Shown here one piece after another: positions 1-8,700 of a stretch of DNA of 38,808 bases (position 1 is its first letter; each line of letters starts with the position of its first letter). The translations under genes were made by a program, and so were the position numbers. The DNA comes from Thermoplasmata archaeon (GTDB taxonomy: Archaea; Thermoplasmatota; Thermoplasmata; Lutacidiplasmatales; UBA184). The stretch is taken from NCBI GenBank assembly GCA_028864975.1, contig JAGWLG010000035.1, forward strand, positions 1-38,808, in the 5' to 3' direction. A model generated the notes under the pieces. That model saw only the letters and a list, made by a program, of their open reading frames with translations. It was not told the DNA's origin and did not search any database.

Positions 1-1472
1 GAAGCGACGACGCTGAGCGGCGTGCCTCCGCCGCCCGAGACCGTGACCGGAGGCGCGTTCGCCGAGGCCGTATGGCCTGCGGAATCATTGACCGTGAGCG
101 TCGCGATGTAAGATCCCGCGGAGGCGTACGTGTGCGAGGGGTTCTGCGTCGTCCCGTGGGGCGTCCCGTCCCCGAAGTTCCAGAACCATGAGGAGTACGT
201 TCCGCTCCCCCCGGTGGCCCCACCCGTGCAACCCACCGAGAGGGGGGCGCTGCCGCTGGTCGGGGCGACCGTCGCGCTCGCCGCGAGCAGCGTACCCGAG
301 ACGGTGAAAGTGCAACCGCTCCCCGTGGACCCCGTCTTCCCTGCCGAGTCCGTCACCGTGAGCATCGGGTTGACCGTGCCTGCCGCGGTGTACTGGTGGT
401 TCACAGGATTGGTCGTACCCGTCCCACCATCCCCGAAGGTCCACGCGTAGGAGTAAGGGGGCGTCCCGCCGGAGACCGCCGCCGTGAAGTTGATGGTGTC
501 GCCCGTCGCGAAGGTCCCGCCGCACGTGAGAGCGCCGCCCGTGTTGAGGTCCTTCATCGCGTAGCTGACCGTGGGAGAAGTACCTCCGCCGCCGCTCCCG
601 AACACGAAGCCCGATTGAAGGTTCGACAGGGCCCCGTTGAACTGGTCCACGTCCGAGGAGCCGTTGATGCCGTTGACCGACCCGCTGCTCGAGTACTGCC
701 AGAAGTTCCACGTGGGCCAGACCCCGGTGTTCGGCGACCCGCTGGTGTAGTCCGCGATCCAGATCGGGTACATCGTGAGCCACGAGAGCATGCAGCTCCC
801 TGCTTCGGAGCTGTCCGTGTAGATGATCGGGTACACGTTGGTGTAGCCTTTCGTCGTGATGTAGGCGGTGACGGCGCTCAGCCACTGCCCGTCCCAGGAC
901 GAGAGCTGCTGGGCAGAGAGCGAACCGGAGCCATCCGCTGGGCACCCTTGCTCCTGGTCCAGCGCAGGGTAGACATAGCCCGAAGCGAAGTAAGCGCCCG
1001 CCACGCTCGTGAAGGTGTTGGCCTCGGTAGTCGCGTTGTCCGCGCTCGAGCAGGCCTGAACGTTCCCCGTGGGAAGCTCGGCGAAGTCGTACCCCGCGAT
1101 GTACACCCCTTTGGTCGGCGCCGTGTTCATGTTGTAGGTGAACGTCGAGTCGTCGCATCCGCTGCTCTCGCCCTCGGCAGCCTTCGTGAATGCGAACGTG
1201 TTCCCTGCCTGCGCAACATCCCACCAGTTGACCGAACCCTGGTAGTGCGAGGTGTCCACCCCGTTGAGCGTGGTCGCATGAACATGCGGGGAGTGGAGCA
1301 GCGCGGAGAGCGCGCTCGTGGGGTGGAAGGCGTGCGGAGCCGTCGACGGGGTAGCCCCTGGAGCGTGCGTCGGGAGAACCCCAAGGACAGCTACTGCGAC
1401 GGCGAGGAACAAGAGCGAGGTCCTGATCGATCTCGACCCACGAGGACATGCGGCTCGGGAGGCGTTGCTCAC
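1..1472 (-). CDS. Secreted GH25 muramidase-like protein with PKD domains (3'-truncated by window edge; not in ORF track)
   Basis: Manual translation from GTG at 1472 (GGTGA upstream, in-frame TGA at 1500-1502) stays open to base 1. It gives a signal peptide ([18 protein letters not shown]), GH25 motifs [15 protein letters not shown] (DxE), [10 protein letters not shown] and SDVDQF, then PKD repeats YAWTFGDG and WFWNFGDG. Confidence 0.9.
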   Translation of the reverse strand, partial: MSNASRAACPRGSRSIRTSLLFLAVAVAVLGVLPTHAPGATPSTAPHAFHPTSALSALLHSPHVHATTLNGVDTSHYQGSVNWWDVAQAGNTFAFTKAAEGESSGCDDSTFTYNMNTAPTKGVYIAGYDFAELPTGNVQACSSADNATTEANTFTSVAGAYFASGYVYPALDQEQGCPADGSGSLSAQQLSSWDGQWLSAVTAYITTKGYTNVYPIIYTDSSEAGSCMLSWLTMYPIWIADYTSGSPNTGVWPTWNFWQYSSSGSVNGINGSSDVDQFNGALSNLQSGFVFGSGGGGTSPTVSYAMKDLNTGGALTCGGTFATGDTINFTAAVSGGTPPYSYAWTFGDGGTGTTNPVNHQYTAAGTVNPMLTVTDSAGKTGSTGSGCTFTVSGTLLAASATVAPTSGSAPLSVGCTGGATGGSGTYSSWFWNFGDGTPHGTTQNPSHTYASAGSYIATLTVNDSAGHTASANAPPVTVSGGGGTPLSVVA

Positions 1473-1496
1473 GGTCCTATCACCGCTCGCGACCGC

Positions 1497-1510
1497 TTTT
1501 CAACCCTTCG
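1497..1510 (-). promoter_or_regulatory. Putative BRE/TATA-like element of GH25 gene 1
   Basis: Minus strand reads gaagggTTGAAAAg, ending ~24 nt before GTG 1472, which is the spacing expected for a leaderless or short-leader archaeal transcript. Confidence 0.35.
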
Positions 1511-1541
1511 CGAAGCGCAACGCTGACGGGAGAGGGTGCGT

Positions 1542-4256
1542 CTAGGGTGGCCCGGGCTGCAAAGGTGGGGCGTCGGCCCAATCCGGGCCGGCGGGTCCGG
1601 GCCCTGGGACGTATTCGGGCCCGAATGCCGTGACATTCGGAGGGGGTCGGTGACGCCGGCGGTGAACGGCGACGACCGCCAGGATGGCCACCGCGGCGAT
1701 GCCGAGCGCCAAGAGCCCCAACAGCAAGGGATTCCCGGTCAGCCAGGAGAGGAACCCGCTGTTCGGGGGGGTCGTGGGGGCGGACGTGGATGAGCGCGCA
1801 CGAGGCGAGAGGGAGAAATTGAGACTGAGGAGCGTACCGCCCGCGAGCGTGCAGGTCTGCTCAGAAGAGCGATAGCCAGGGTCGCTCACGTTGACGACGT
1901 AGCTACCGGATCCCAGCGGGAACCGGAAGGAGCCGTTCGTCGGGGTGAGCACCGACGCCACGGGGTGTCCGTCCGAGGCTGCCTTGACCGCGACGGTGGC
2001 GCCTCCGAGCAAGAGACCTGAGCTCGCATTGCGGACCCAGCCGTCCAGCACCCCGCCCGTCGGGGTCACCACGGAGACGACCACCGAGGCGGAGGTCGCC
2101 GACTGCCCCGAGGAATCGGTCACCTTGACGGTGGGGGTGTAGGTACCCGTGACCGCGTAGGGATGGGTGGTCGTCGGCCCCGTGGTGGTCGTGCTGCCGC
2201 CGTCCCCGAAGGTCCAGGCGTACGAGACGTACGAACCTGAGCCCCCTGAGGGGGATCCGGTAAAGGCCACGGGGGCACCTACGCTGACGGTGCTAGGGAC
2301 CGCCGACAAGGTTACGGCCAGGGAGCCGCCACCGTTCCCGAGGGGCCACACCGCGATGGGGACGGGGGTCGAGGTGGCAGTGGCTCCTGAGGAGTCCGTT
2401 ACGGTAACGGAGGCGTTGTAGTGCCCCACGACCGTGTAGGTGTGGGACGCAGGGTTCCCGGAACCGCTGGCGCCATCTCCGAAGCTCCAGGTGAAGGGGC
2501 CGTAGCTTCCCACGCCCCCGGAGGGGCTGGCCCGGAAGGTCACGGCGAGCGAAACGTGTCCGCTGGAGACGTTCGAGCTGGCCTGGACGGCGAGCGCCGG
2601 GGACACGACGATGGAGGGCGCGGAGGTGGTGAACGAGCCCCCAGCGCTGTCGTTGACGGTGAGCGTCGGCGTGAAGGTGCCGACCGTGGCGTAGGTGTGC
2701 GAGGCGTTTCGCCCGCTCCCGTGGGTCGTCCCATCTCCGAAGTTCCAGAACCATGTGTAGGGGGCTTGGCCACCGGAGGCCGCACCGGCCAGCGTGACCG
2801 CAAGGGGGACGACGCCGCTCGTCGGGGTCGCGCTGGCCGTGGCGGAGAGGGAGGCTCCACCGTTGAACTGGACCTGGAAGAACGCGTAGGTCCCTGGGTA
2901 GCCGCTCTGGTAGGCGCCGACGCTCCCACTGGGGTCGGAAGCCAGTTCGAAGAAGACCTCGTCGGCGGGTCCCTTCGTGGGGGGTCCCAAGGTGAGCGTC
3001 GCGTTCGTCGCGGGCAGGACCCAGGAGGAGACGATGGTGCTGTTCGAGGTGCTGTAGTTCCCCTCGAAGATGTGGTAGTGCGAGGGGTTGAACGACACTT
3101 CCTGCGTGATGTCGACCGACATGATCGAGGCGCCCGCGTTCACGGCCGAGTCCTCGTAGCCCTGCTCATCCGTACCGAGCGTGAAGAGCTCGAGATCCCC
3201 CCCTGAGGTGGTGGGCACTTCGTTGGTGTTCAACCCCCAGCTCCCGGGCGCGTACGTCTGGCTCGTGGAGCCGTTGCCCGCCCCGTTGTAGACGAAGTCG
3301 TGGACCGCGGTCCACAGATGGGCGTTGTCGAGCGATGCGGCGGAGTCGTCCAGCGCCCACCAGGCGGTGTTTGTGACCCCCGCCGCCGCGACCTGAGAGA
3401 ACTCCTGGACCATCTGGGCGTCGGTGCAACCGCTCTCGGGGTCCATGCCCTCTCCCAGATGGGCGAGGGGAAAGTTCGCGACATCGCTCGAGAGCGTCGA
3501 CTGGAACCCGGGCGGACACTGGTAGTTCATGTCGAAGAAGATGTCCCCCGTGGTTGCCGCGAGCGCCGGCAGGTTCCAGAAGTTCGAGTCCCAGTAGGCG
3601 AAGTCGAGGGTGACGATGAGCCCCTTCGCATGGCTCTGGTTGGAGAACTGGTCGACGAAGTGGGCTAGGTGGTACCCATCCGCGGGGGTCGTGGTCCCCG
3701 GTGCGCAGCTCGTGTCCGGCTCCCAGTCGATGTTGTACCCTCCATAGCCGTAGGTCTGGGCGTAGGTGAGGGCCTGGGAGATGAACGTCGTCCAGCCGGA
3801 GGGCGCGCCTAGGAAGCTCTGGAGCGTGGCGATGGTGCAGGTCGTCACCATCGGGAGGGGCGTCATTCCCCAAGCCTTCACGACCGCCGTGGGATCGTTG
3901 GAGGTTCCCTCGTACCCGCGGGAGCAGAACCAGTTCCCGCACGAGGTGCTGAGCGTGTACATCTCGTAGGAGAGCTGGGTCATGTTCGTGTGGTAGGGCT
4001 GATACTCCGACTGGAACGCACTGGCGCTCCCGGACCACGTGCAGAACTGGCAGACCCATGGCATGAAGTTCCCCGTGACCGTGAGCCCCGAGGCGTGGAA
4101 GCTCGGAGCGGAGGCCTTGGAAGGGAGAGCGGAAGGGATGGCAGTGGGTCCTGCCCGAGGGATGCTGGCGCGTCCCGGGGATCCCGCGCCTACGACAGAT
4201 GGGACCGTGCCGGTGAGCAACAGACCGATCGCCAGGACAGCGACGCTGAGCCTCAT
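1542..4256 (-). CDS. Secreted, C-terminally anchored GH18-family glycoside hydrolase with 3 PKD domains and a carboxypeptidase-regulatory-like domain
   Basis: Signal peptide MRLSVAVLAIGLLLTG (alternative ATG at 4418), GH18 motif GYGGYNIDWEP, three W(N/S/T)FGDG PKD repeats, LDGWVRNAS...GATV...YVVNVSDPGY beta-sandwich, TM helix, then HRRRHR and a Pro-rich tail. Confidence 0.85.
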   Translation of the reverse strand: MRLSVAVLAIGLLLTGTVPSVVGAGSPGRASIPRAGPTAIPSALPSKASAPSFHASGLTVTGNFMPWVCQFCTWSGSASAFQSEYQPYHTNMTQLSYEMYTLSTSCGNWFCSRGYEGTSNDPTAVVKAWGMTPLPMVTTCTIATLQSFLGAPSGWTTFISQALTYAQTYGYGGYNIDWEPDTSCAPGTTTPADGYHLAHFVDQFSNQSHAKGLIVTLDFAYWDSNFWNLPALAATTGDIFFDMNYQCPPGFQSTLSSDVANFPLAHLGEGMDPESGCTDAQMVQEFSQVAAAGVTNTAWWALDDSAASLDNAHLWTAVHDFVYNGAGNGSTSQTYAPGSWGLNTNEVPTTSGGDLELFTLGTDEQGYEDSAVNAGASIMSVDITQEVSFNPSHYHIFEGNYSTSNSTIVSSWVLPATNATLTLGPPTKGPADEVFFELASDPSGSVGAYQSGYPGTYAFFQVQFNGGASLSATASATPTSGVVPLAVTLAGAASGGQAPYTWFWNFGDGTTHGSGRNASHTYATVGTFTPTLTVNDSAGGSFTTSAPSIVVSPALAVQASSNVSSGHVSLAVTFRASPSGGVGSYGPFTWSFGDGASGSGNPASHTYTVVGHYNASVTVTDSSGATATSTPVPIAVWPLGNGGGSLAVTLSAVPSTVSVGAPVAFTGSPSGGSGSYVSYAWTFGDGGSTTTTGPTTTHPYAVTGTYTPTVKVTDSSGQSATSASVVVSVVTPTGGVLDGWVRNASSGLLLGGATVAVKAASDGHPVASVLTPTNGSFRFPLGSGSYVVNVSDPGYRSSEQTCTLAGGTLLSLNFSLSPRARSSTSAPTTPPNSGFLSWLTGNPLLLGLLALGIAAVAILAVVAVHRRRHRPPPNVTAFGPEYVPGPGPAGPDWADAPPLQPGPP

Positions 4257-4480
4257 CCCCCAGACCGCGGTGGGCCAGGCGTGGGCTCCGAGAAGGGGGC
4301 CTCGCGCGAGAGAGACCACGAGCGCTGGACCGAGCCTGGCTCCATAACGGTATCTCGGGAAGGAACCGCGGCTTCCCCTCGGTACCACCAGGGGACCGGA
4401 AGGTCCGGATTCCGTCATTCTGTCGTTCCGTCTTGGACGACAGAAGGTTTTTTCGTAGGGCGCTCCAAAGTAGACCTCGG

Positions 4481-7240
4481 ATGGTCCGTCTCCGAGCTTC
4501 CACGGGACCCAGACCGACATCCGCTCATGTTCCAGCCACTTGGGCCACCTGGGCCTTCCTCCTGTTGCTCGTCTCACTACCGGGGCCCACCTTCGGGGAC
4601 GCATCGGCGGCCCCGCTCCCGTCCGCCCCGGCCCAAGGTCTCGCCACCCTGGCCCACTCCACTCCCGGGGTGCCATCGGTGGCGTCCACGACCCCTCACA
4701 CCCCTCAGTCAACGCTGAGCGGGGTCGATGTCTCGGTCTACCAGGGCTCGGGCGTCAACTGGGGGTCCGTCCACGGCGCCGGGAACTCCTTCGCCTTCGC
4801 CCGGGCCGTCGCTTACTACGGCCACAACGACCCGGATTTCTCGACGAACATGGTGAACGGAAAGGCGGCCGGGATGTACATGGGAGCCTACGACTTCGTC
4901 TACCCCGCCTCGGAGAGCGCGACGGGGGACGCGGACTACTTCAACGGGGTGATCACTCCCTACGTGGCCAACGGCTACATGTACCCGGCCCTCGACCTCG
5001 AGTCGGATTGCACGGCTTCGGGCGGGAGTCTGTCGGCCTCGCAGATCACGGCCTGGGTCAATGCTTGGGGGCTCCAACTGGAGAAGGACCTGGGCTCCGA
5101 CGGGTTCGCGGGGGTGAAGCCCACCGTCTACATGAACGGGAACTACGCGAGCAACTGTATCGTCTCCTCCTCCTGGGACAAGTGGCCGCTCTGGATCGCC
5201 GGCTACTGGAGCCCATGCGCGACCTCTCCGGGACCGAACACAGGGAGCATCGGTCCCTACTCCTACTGGCAGTGGTGCAGTTCGGGTAGCACGGGAGGCA
5301 TCTCCCCCGTGGACCAGGACATCTTCGCTGGGAGCCTCTCGCAGCTACAATCGGGGTTCGTCTTTGGCGGAGGAGCCCCAACGGCAAACTACGCGATGAA
5401 GGACCAGACGACGAACTCGGCGCTCTTTTGCGGTGGAACCTTTGCCGCGGGGGATACCATCCAGTTCACGGCGTCGGCTTCCGGTGGGACGGCGCCCTAC
5501 ACCTATGCCTGGGACTTCGGGGACGGGAAGACTGGGAGCGGGAACCCCGTTACCCACGTGTATACGGCCCCAGGGACCATCGACGCTATACTGACGGTCA
5601 CCGATGCGGGCGGGAAGACCGGGACCAGCGGCGCCGGTTGCCCCTTCACGGTGACCGGGACGGTTCGGCCAGCGCTCGCCGCGCTGCTCGCGGCCACTCC
5701 CAGCTCGGTGTTCTCCGGGAACACCACGGCCCTCCAGGTCACCGTGAGCTCCTCGTCCGCCCCGGTGGCCGGAGCGGTCGTGGCCTTCGCCGCGTCCCCC
5801 ACGGGGGGGACGTTCTCGTCGGCCACCGCCACGACGAACGCCCTGGGAGAAGCCTTCACGAACTACACCAGCGGTTCGGTCTCCTCTGTCACCACCGTCT
5901 CGCTCAACAGCTACAGCACCCGAACCGGCTACACGCCAACGAACGCCTCGACCTCCCTGACCGTCAACCCGCGACCGCTCACGGTCCAGGTCGCCCCGGT
6001 CAACCTGACGACCTTCGGCGGGCAGCCCCATGCCCTCTCGGTGAACGTCTCGTCCTGGGGCGCCGTGCTCCCCGGGTGCGCCCTCACGTTCTCCGATGGC
6101 GGCGCAGGAGGATCTTTCTCTCCGGCGACCGCGACGAGCGGGAGCCTCGGCAACGCCAGCGTGACCTATACTCCGCCGAAGACCGCCTCGGGGACGAATG
6201 TCACCCTCATGGTGAGCGGTACGGAGTCGGGATACACGACCGTCACGGGGACTTCCATCTGGCACGTCCAACCGGCGACCCTTTCGCTGAACCTCACGCC
6301 GCTCCAAGGCGCCATCGACGCGGGCGGATACCTGGGTGTGAGGGCGACCGTAACGTTCCCATCGCTCTCGGGTGGCGGCGCGCGAACCCCGGTCGAGGGC
6401 GCTCTGGTCGTGTTCTCCTTGGCCCCATCGACCGGCGGGCATCTCAACGTCGGCGCCGGCGGCACCGGGCCGAACGGCTCCTTCGTGGTCCAGGTAGCAG
6501 ACACCCAGCCCGGGGGGACCTTCCTGACGCTGGACGGGACAGCGAACTACACGGGTGCGTTCAATTCTACCGCGTCCGTGCGGATCCCCGTCGTCGCCGC
6601 ACCCCTCGTTCCCCTCGCGACACTTTCGGCGACGGCCACGACGATGGACGCGGGGCAGACCCTCGCGCTGGTGGTCCGCGTGACCGCGACGCAAGAAGGG
6701 GCTGCGGTCTCTCCCGATGGCGTCCAGGTGAGCTTCTCTTCCAGCGCGGGGGGGAGCTTCGTCCCCACGGTCGTCACGATCAGCGGTGCGGGTAGCACGG
6801 CCTATCTCCACGCGAACTACTCGGCCCCCGCGTCCGTTCCCTCCGGGGGACTGTTGGTCACCCTGAGCGTGCTGGCCGAGGCGACGGCGGGACATACCTC
6901 GGTGAGCAATCTTTCCGTGATGGTCTTCCACCCGAGCGGCGGTGGGATCCTTTCCTTTGCCTTCCAGGGCTACGGCCTGCTCCTCTGGGTGGGCGTCGCC
7001 GCGGTGGCGGCCGTTCTGGTCGCGCTCATCCTGCGACGGCGCCGGCGCCGCCCTCACCTCCCCTCGACGGAGCCCGCGGCCCCGTCGGAGACCCCAGCCG
7101 AGCCCTCTGTGGAAGAGGTCGCCCCTGGTCCGCCAGCGGGCGCCACCTCCGCCGCCGACCCCACGGCCGACCCCACGCCTCTCAGCGCCCCGTCCCCCGG
7201 GACCCCCGCGCCAGAGCCATGGCCGGACATCCCGGAATAG
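4481..7240 (+). CDS. Secreted, C-terminally anchored GH25 muramidase-like protein with PKD and Ig-like (Big-like) stalk
   Basis: ATG 4481 and a hydrophobic signal; GH25 motifs GVDVSVYQG, ALDLES (DxE), YWQWCSSG and VDQDIF; PKD YAWDFGDG; about four Ser/Thr-rich beta-sandwich repeats; TM helix, RRRRRR and a Pro/Glu-rich tail. Confidence 0.9.
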   Translation: MVRLRASTGPRPTSAHVPATWATWAFLLLLVSLPGPTFGDASAAPLPSAPAQGLATLAHSTPGVPSVASTTPHTPQSTLSGVDVSVYQGSGVNWGSVHGAGNSFAFARAVAYYGHNDPDFSTNMVNGKAAGMYMGAYDFVYPASESATGDADYFNGVITPYVANGYMYPALDLESDCTASGGSLSASQITAWVNAWGLQLEKDLGSDGFAGVKPTVYMNGNYASNCIVSSSWDKWPLWIAGYWSPCATSPGPNTGSIGPYSYWQWCSSGSTGGISPVDQDIFAGSLSQLQSGFVFGGGAPTANYAMKDQTTNSALFCGGTFAAGDTIQFTASASGGTAPYTYAWDFGDGKTGSGNPVTHVYTAPGTIDAILTVTDAGGKTGTSGAGCPFTVTGTVRPALAALLAATPSSVFSGNTTALQVTVSSSSAPVAGAVVAFAASPTGGTFSSATATTNALGEAFTNYTSGSVSSVTTVSLNSYSTRTGYTPTNASTSLTVNPRPLTVQVAPVNLTTFGGQPHALSVNVSSWGAVLPGCALTFSDGGAGGSFSPATATSGSLGNASVTYTPPKTASGTNVTLMVSGTESGYTTVTGTSIWHVQPATLSLNLTPLQGAIDAGGYLGVRATVTFPSLSGGGARTPVEGALVVFSLAPSTGGHLNVGAGGTGPNGSFVVQVADTQPGGTFLTLDGTANYTGAFNSTASVRIPVVAAPLVPLATLSATATTMDAGQTLALVVRVTATQEGAAVSPDGVQVSFSSSAGGSFVPTVVTISGAGSTAYLHANYSAPASVPSGGLLVTLSVLAEATAGHTSVSNLSVMVFHPSGGGILSFAFQGYGLLLWVGVAAVAAVLVALILRRRRRRPHLPSTEPAAPSETPAEPSVEEVAPGPPAGATSAADPTADPTPLSAPSPGTPAPEPWPDIPE

Positions 7241-7312
7241 GCGGGACGTCCGCTCCTCAGGATACTTAGGTCGCCTAACCTTATTTGTCAGGAACTGCTG
7301 TACCTTCTCACC

Positions 7313-7894
7313 ATGCCGTTCATCGCGGGCATCCAACCGAGCTCGGAGCGTTCCCGCAGGGCGGTGCCCACCCGAGAGCGGAGCTCCTCTGCCCCGGCGG
7401 CTCCGGCCCCGGGGCTCAAGGATGAGCTCTCCAACGCCGAGGGCCTCGACCAGATCTTCCGTGTGGTGCGGCGTGCCGTTCGCTCCGTCCTGGGGCGAGA
7501 GCGCACGGGGCTCGGGCTGGCGATGTCGGACCTTCCCCCTGGCCTGGGTGCGTACTGGCCCGTCACGGGCAATCTGATCGTGATGAACGAGGGGCTCCTC
7601 GCGACGATGCGGACGATGGCCAGCTCGCCGCTCGAGTTCAATTCCTTCGTCTACGTGATCCTCACCCACGAATACCTCCATGCGCTGGGCTACTGGGGGG
7701 AGGATGCGGTCCGCACGGTGACCGCCCGGGTCACCCGGGAGAGCTTCGGGGCCGACCACCCGGCGACCAAGATGGCCGAGGGGGACCTCTGGCAGCGCTT
7801 CCCCTTCCTCCGGTTCGCTCCCGGGGGAAGGGGCAGCCGGCTCCGAATGGTCAAGGGTTTCGACACCGACACCACGTCGGCCTACATTCGCTGA
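7313..7894 (+). CDS. Hypothetical protein with HExxH zinc-metallopeptidase-like motif
   Basis: LGAYW...NLIVMN strands followed by helix ILTHEYLHALG; AT-rich ttatttgt ~30 nt upstream. Confidence 0.7.
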   Translation: MPFIAGIQPSSERSRRAVPTRERSSSAPAAPAPGLKDELSNAEGLDQIFRVVRRAVRSVLGRERTGLGLAMSDLPPGLGAYWPVTGNLIVMNEGLLATMRTMASSPLEFNSFVYVILTHEYLHALGYWGEDAVRTVTARVTRESFGADHPATKMAEGDLWQRFPFLRFAPGGRGSRLRMVKGFDTDTTSAYIR

Positions 7895-7933
7895 GCTCGG
7901 CGGCCGGCCCTCGTCGAAGGCGGCGTTGGGGCG

Positions 7934-8230
7934 CTAACTGAAGCCGGGAAGGTTCTTCACGTCCTTGCCGGAGGAGGGCTTGAGCGGCGCCCTCCTGAGT
8001 TCCTTGGGGCAGGAGACGATGCGGAGGAACGTGGGCGAGATGGCGACGTACTGAGGCAGGCCCGTCACGGGGTCGTTCCCGACGCGAAAGACCTGGTTGA
8101 TCTCGACGCGGATCTCGACCACGCTACCGTCCTTGAGCTTCAGGCGCACCCGGTTCTCACCGCTCTCGACGGTGAAGTCGACCAGCTCGGCGTTCGAGAG
8201 GTCCGGAGGACCCCCAGGTCCCATCATCAT
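7934..8230 (-). CDS. Small beta-rich hypothetical protein, translationally coupled to rpl11
   Basis: ATGA overlap with the rpl11 stop; protein-like LKLKDGSVVEIRVEINQVFRVGNDPVTGLPQY. Confidence 0.75.
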   Translation of the reverse strand: MMMGPGGPPDLSNAELVDFTVESGENRVRLKLKDGSVVEIRVEINQVFRVGNDPVTGLPQYVAISPTFLRIVSCPKELRRAPLKPSSGKDVKNLPGFS

Positions 8231-8700
8231 GTGGCGTTCCCGGAGGCTTTGCCTTTGCGCTCCTTGAGGACCTCACGAGGGTCGCGGTCGTCGACGGTGA
8301 CCCCCATGGAGACGCACGTCCCGATGACCTGGTTCATCCGCTCCTCCTCCGAGCTCCCGAAGAGGTCCTCCTTCTTCATCTCGGCGATCTTGCGGACCTG
8401 CTGCATCGAGACGTTCCCCACGTTCTCGGTCTTCGCCTTGCCGCTGCCCTTCTCCTTCTTCACCTCGGCCAGCAGGAGCGCGGCGGTGCCGGGCCGGCCC
8501 ACCTCTATGGTGAAGCTCTTGTCCGAGCGCACCCGGATGGCGCACGGGACCTTCATCCCGTTGTACATCTTCGTCTTCTCGTTGATCTCGGCCACGACCT
8601 TTCCGACATTGATCCCCAGAGGACCCAGCGCGCTCCCGAGCGTTGCCCCGGGGGCCGCCTTGCCGCCCTCGACGAGGACGCTCACGACCTGATCAGCCAC
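8227..8700 (-). CDS. rpl11: 50S ribosomal protein L11 (uL11)
   Basis: VEGGKAAPGATLGSALGPLGIN...GTCVSMGVTV; position after spt5. Confidence 0.97.
   Translation of the reverse strand: MADQVVSVLVEGGKAAPGATLGSALGPLGINVGKVVAEINEKTKMYNGMKVPCAIRVRSDKSFTIEVGRPGTAALLLAEVKKEKGSGKAKTENVGNVSMQQVRKIAEMKKEDLFGSSEEERMNQVIGTCVSMGVTVDDRDPREVLKERKGKASGNAT

Noticed and set aside
85-1449. 454-aa ORF-track protein
   Set aside because: Out-of-frame shadow of the real GH25-PKD gene; composition is Arg/His/Gly-rich nonsense.
1690-1780. Archaeosortase (PGF/PEF-CTERM) signal on the hydrolases
   Set aside because: No PGF/PEF tripeptide before the TM, and long cytoplasmic tails follow the basic cluster.
4257-4712. 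152-aa N-terminal extension of the GH18 ORF
   Set aside because: Overlaps the divergent GH25 gene and is not protein-like; ATG 4256 (or 4418) preferred.
5345-7759. Long alternative-frame ORFs such as 5345..7759 (-), 9800..11065 (+), 23642..26284 (+), 31066..33186 (-) and 3166..4503 (-)
   Set aside because: Antisense or shifted shadows of clear genes, expected in high-GC DNA with few stop codons; no motifs.
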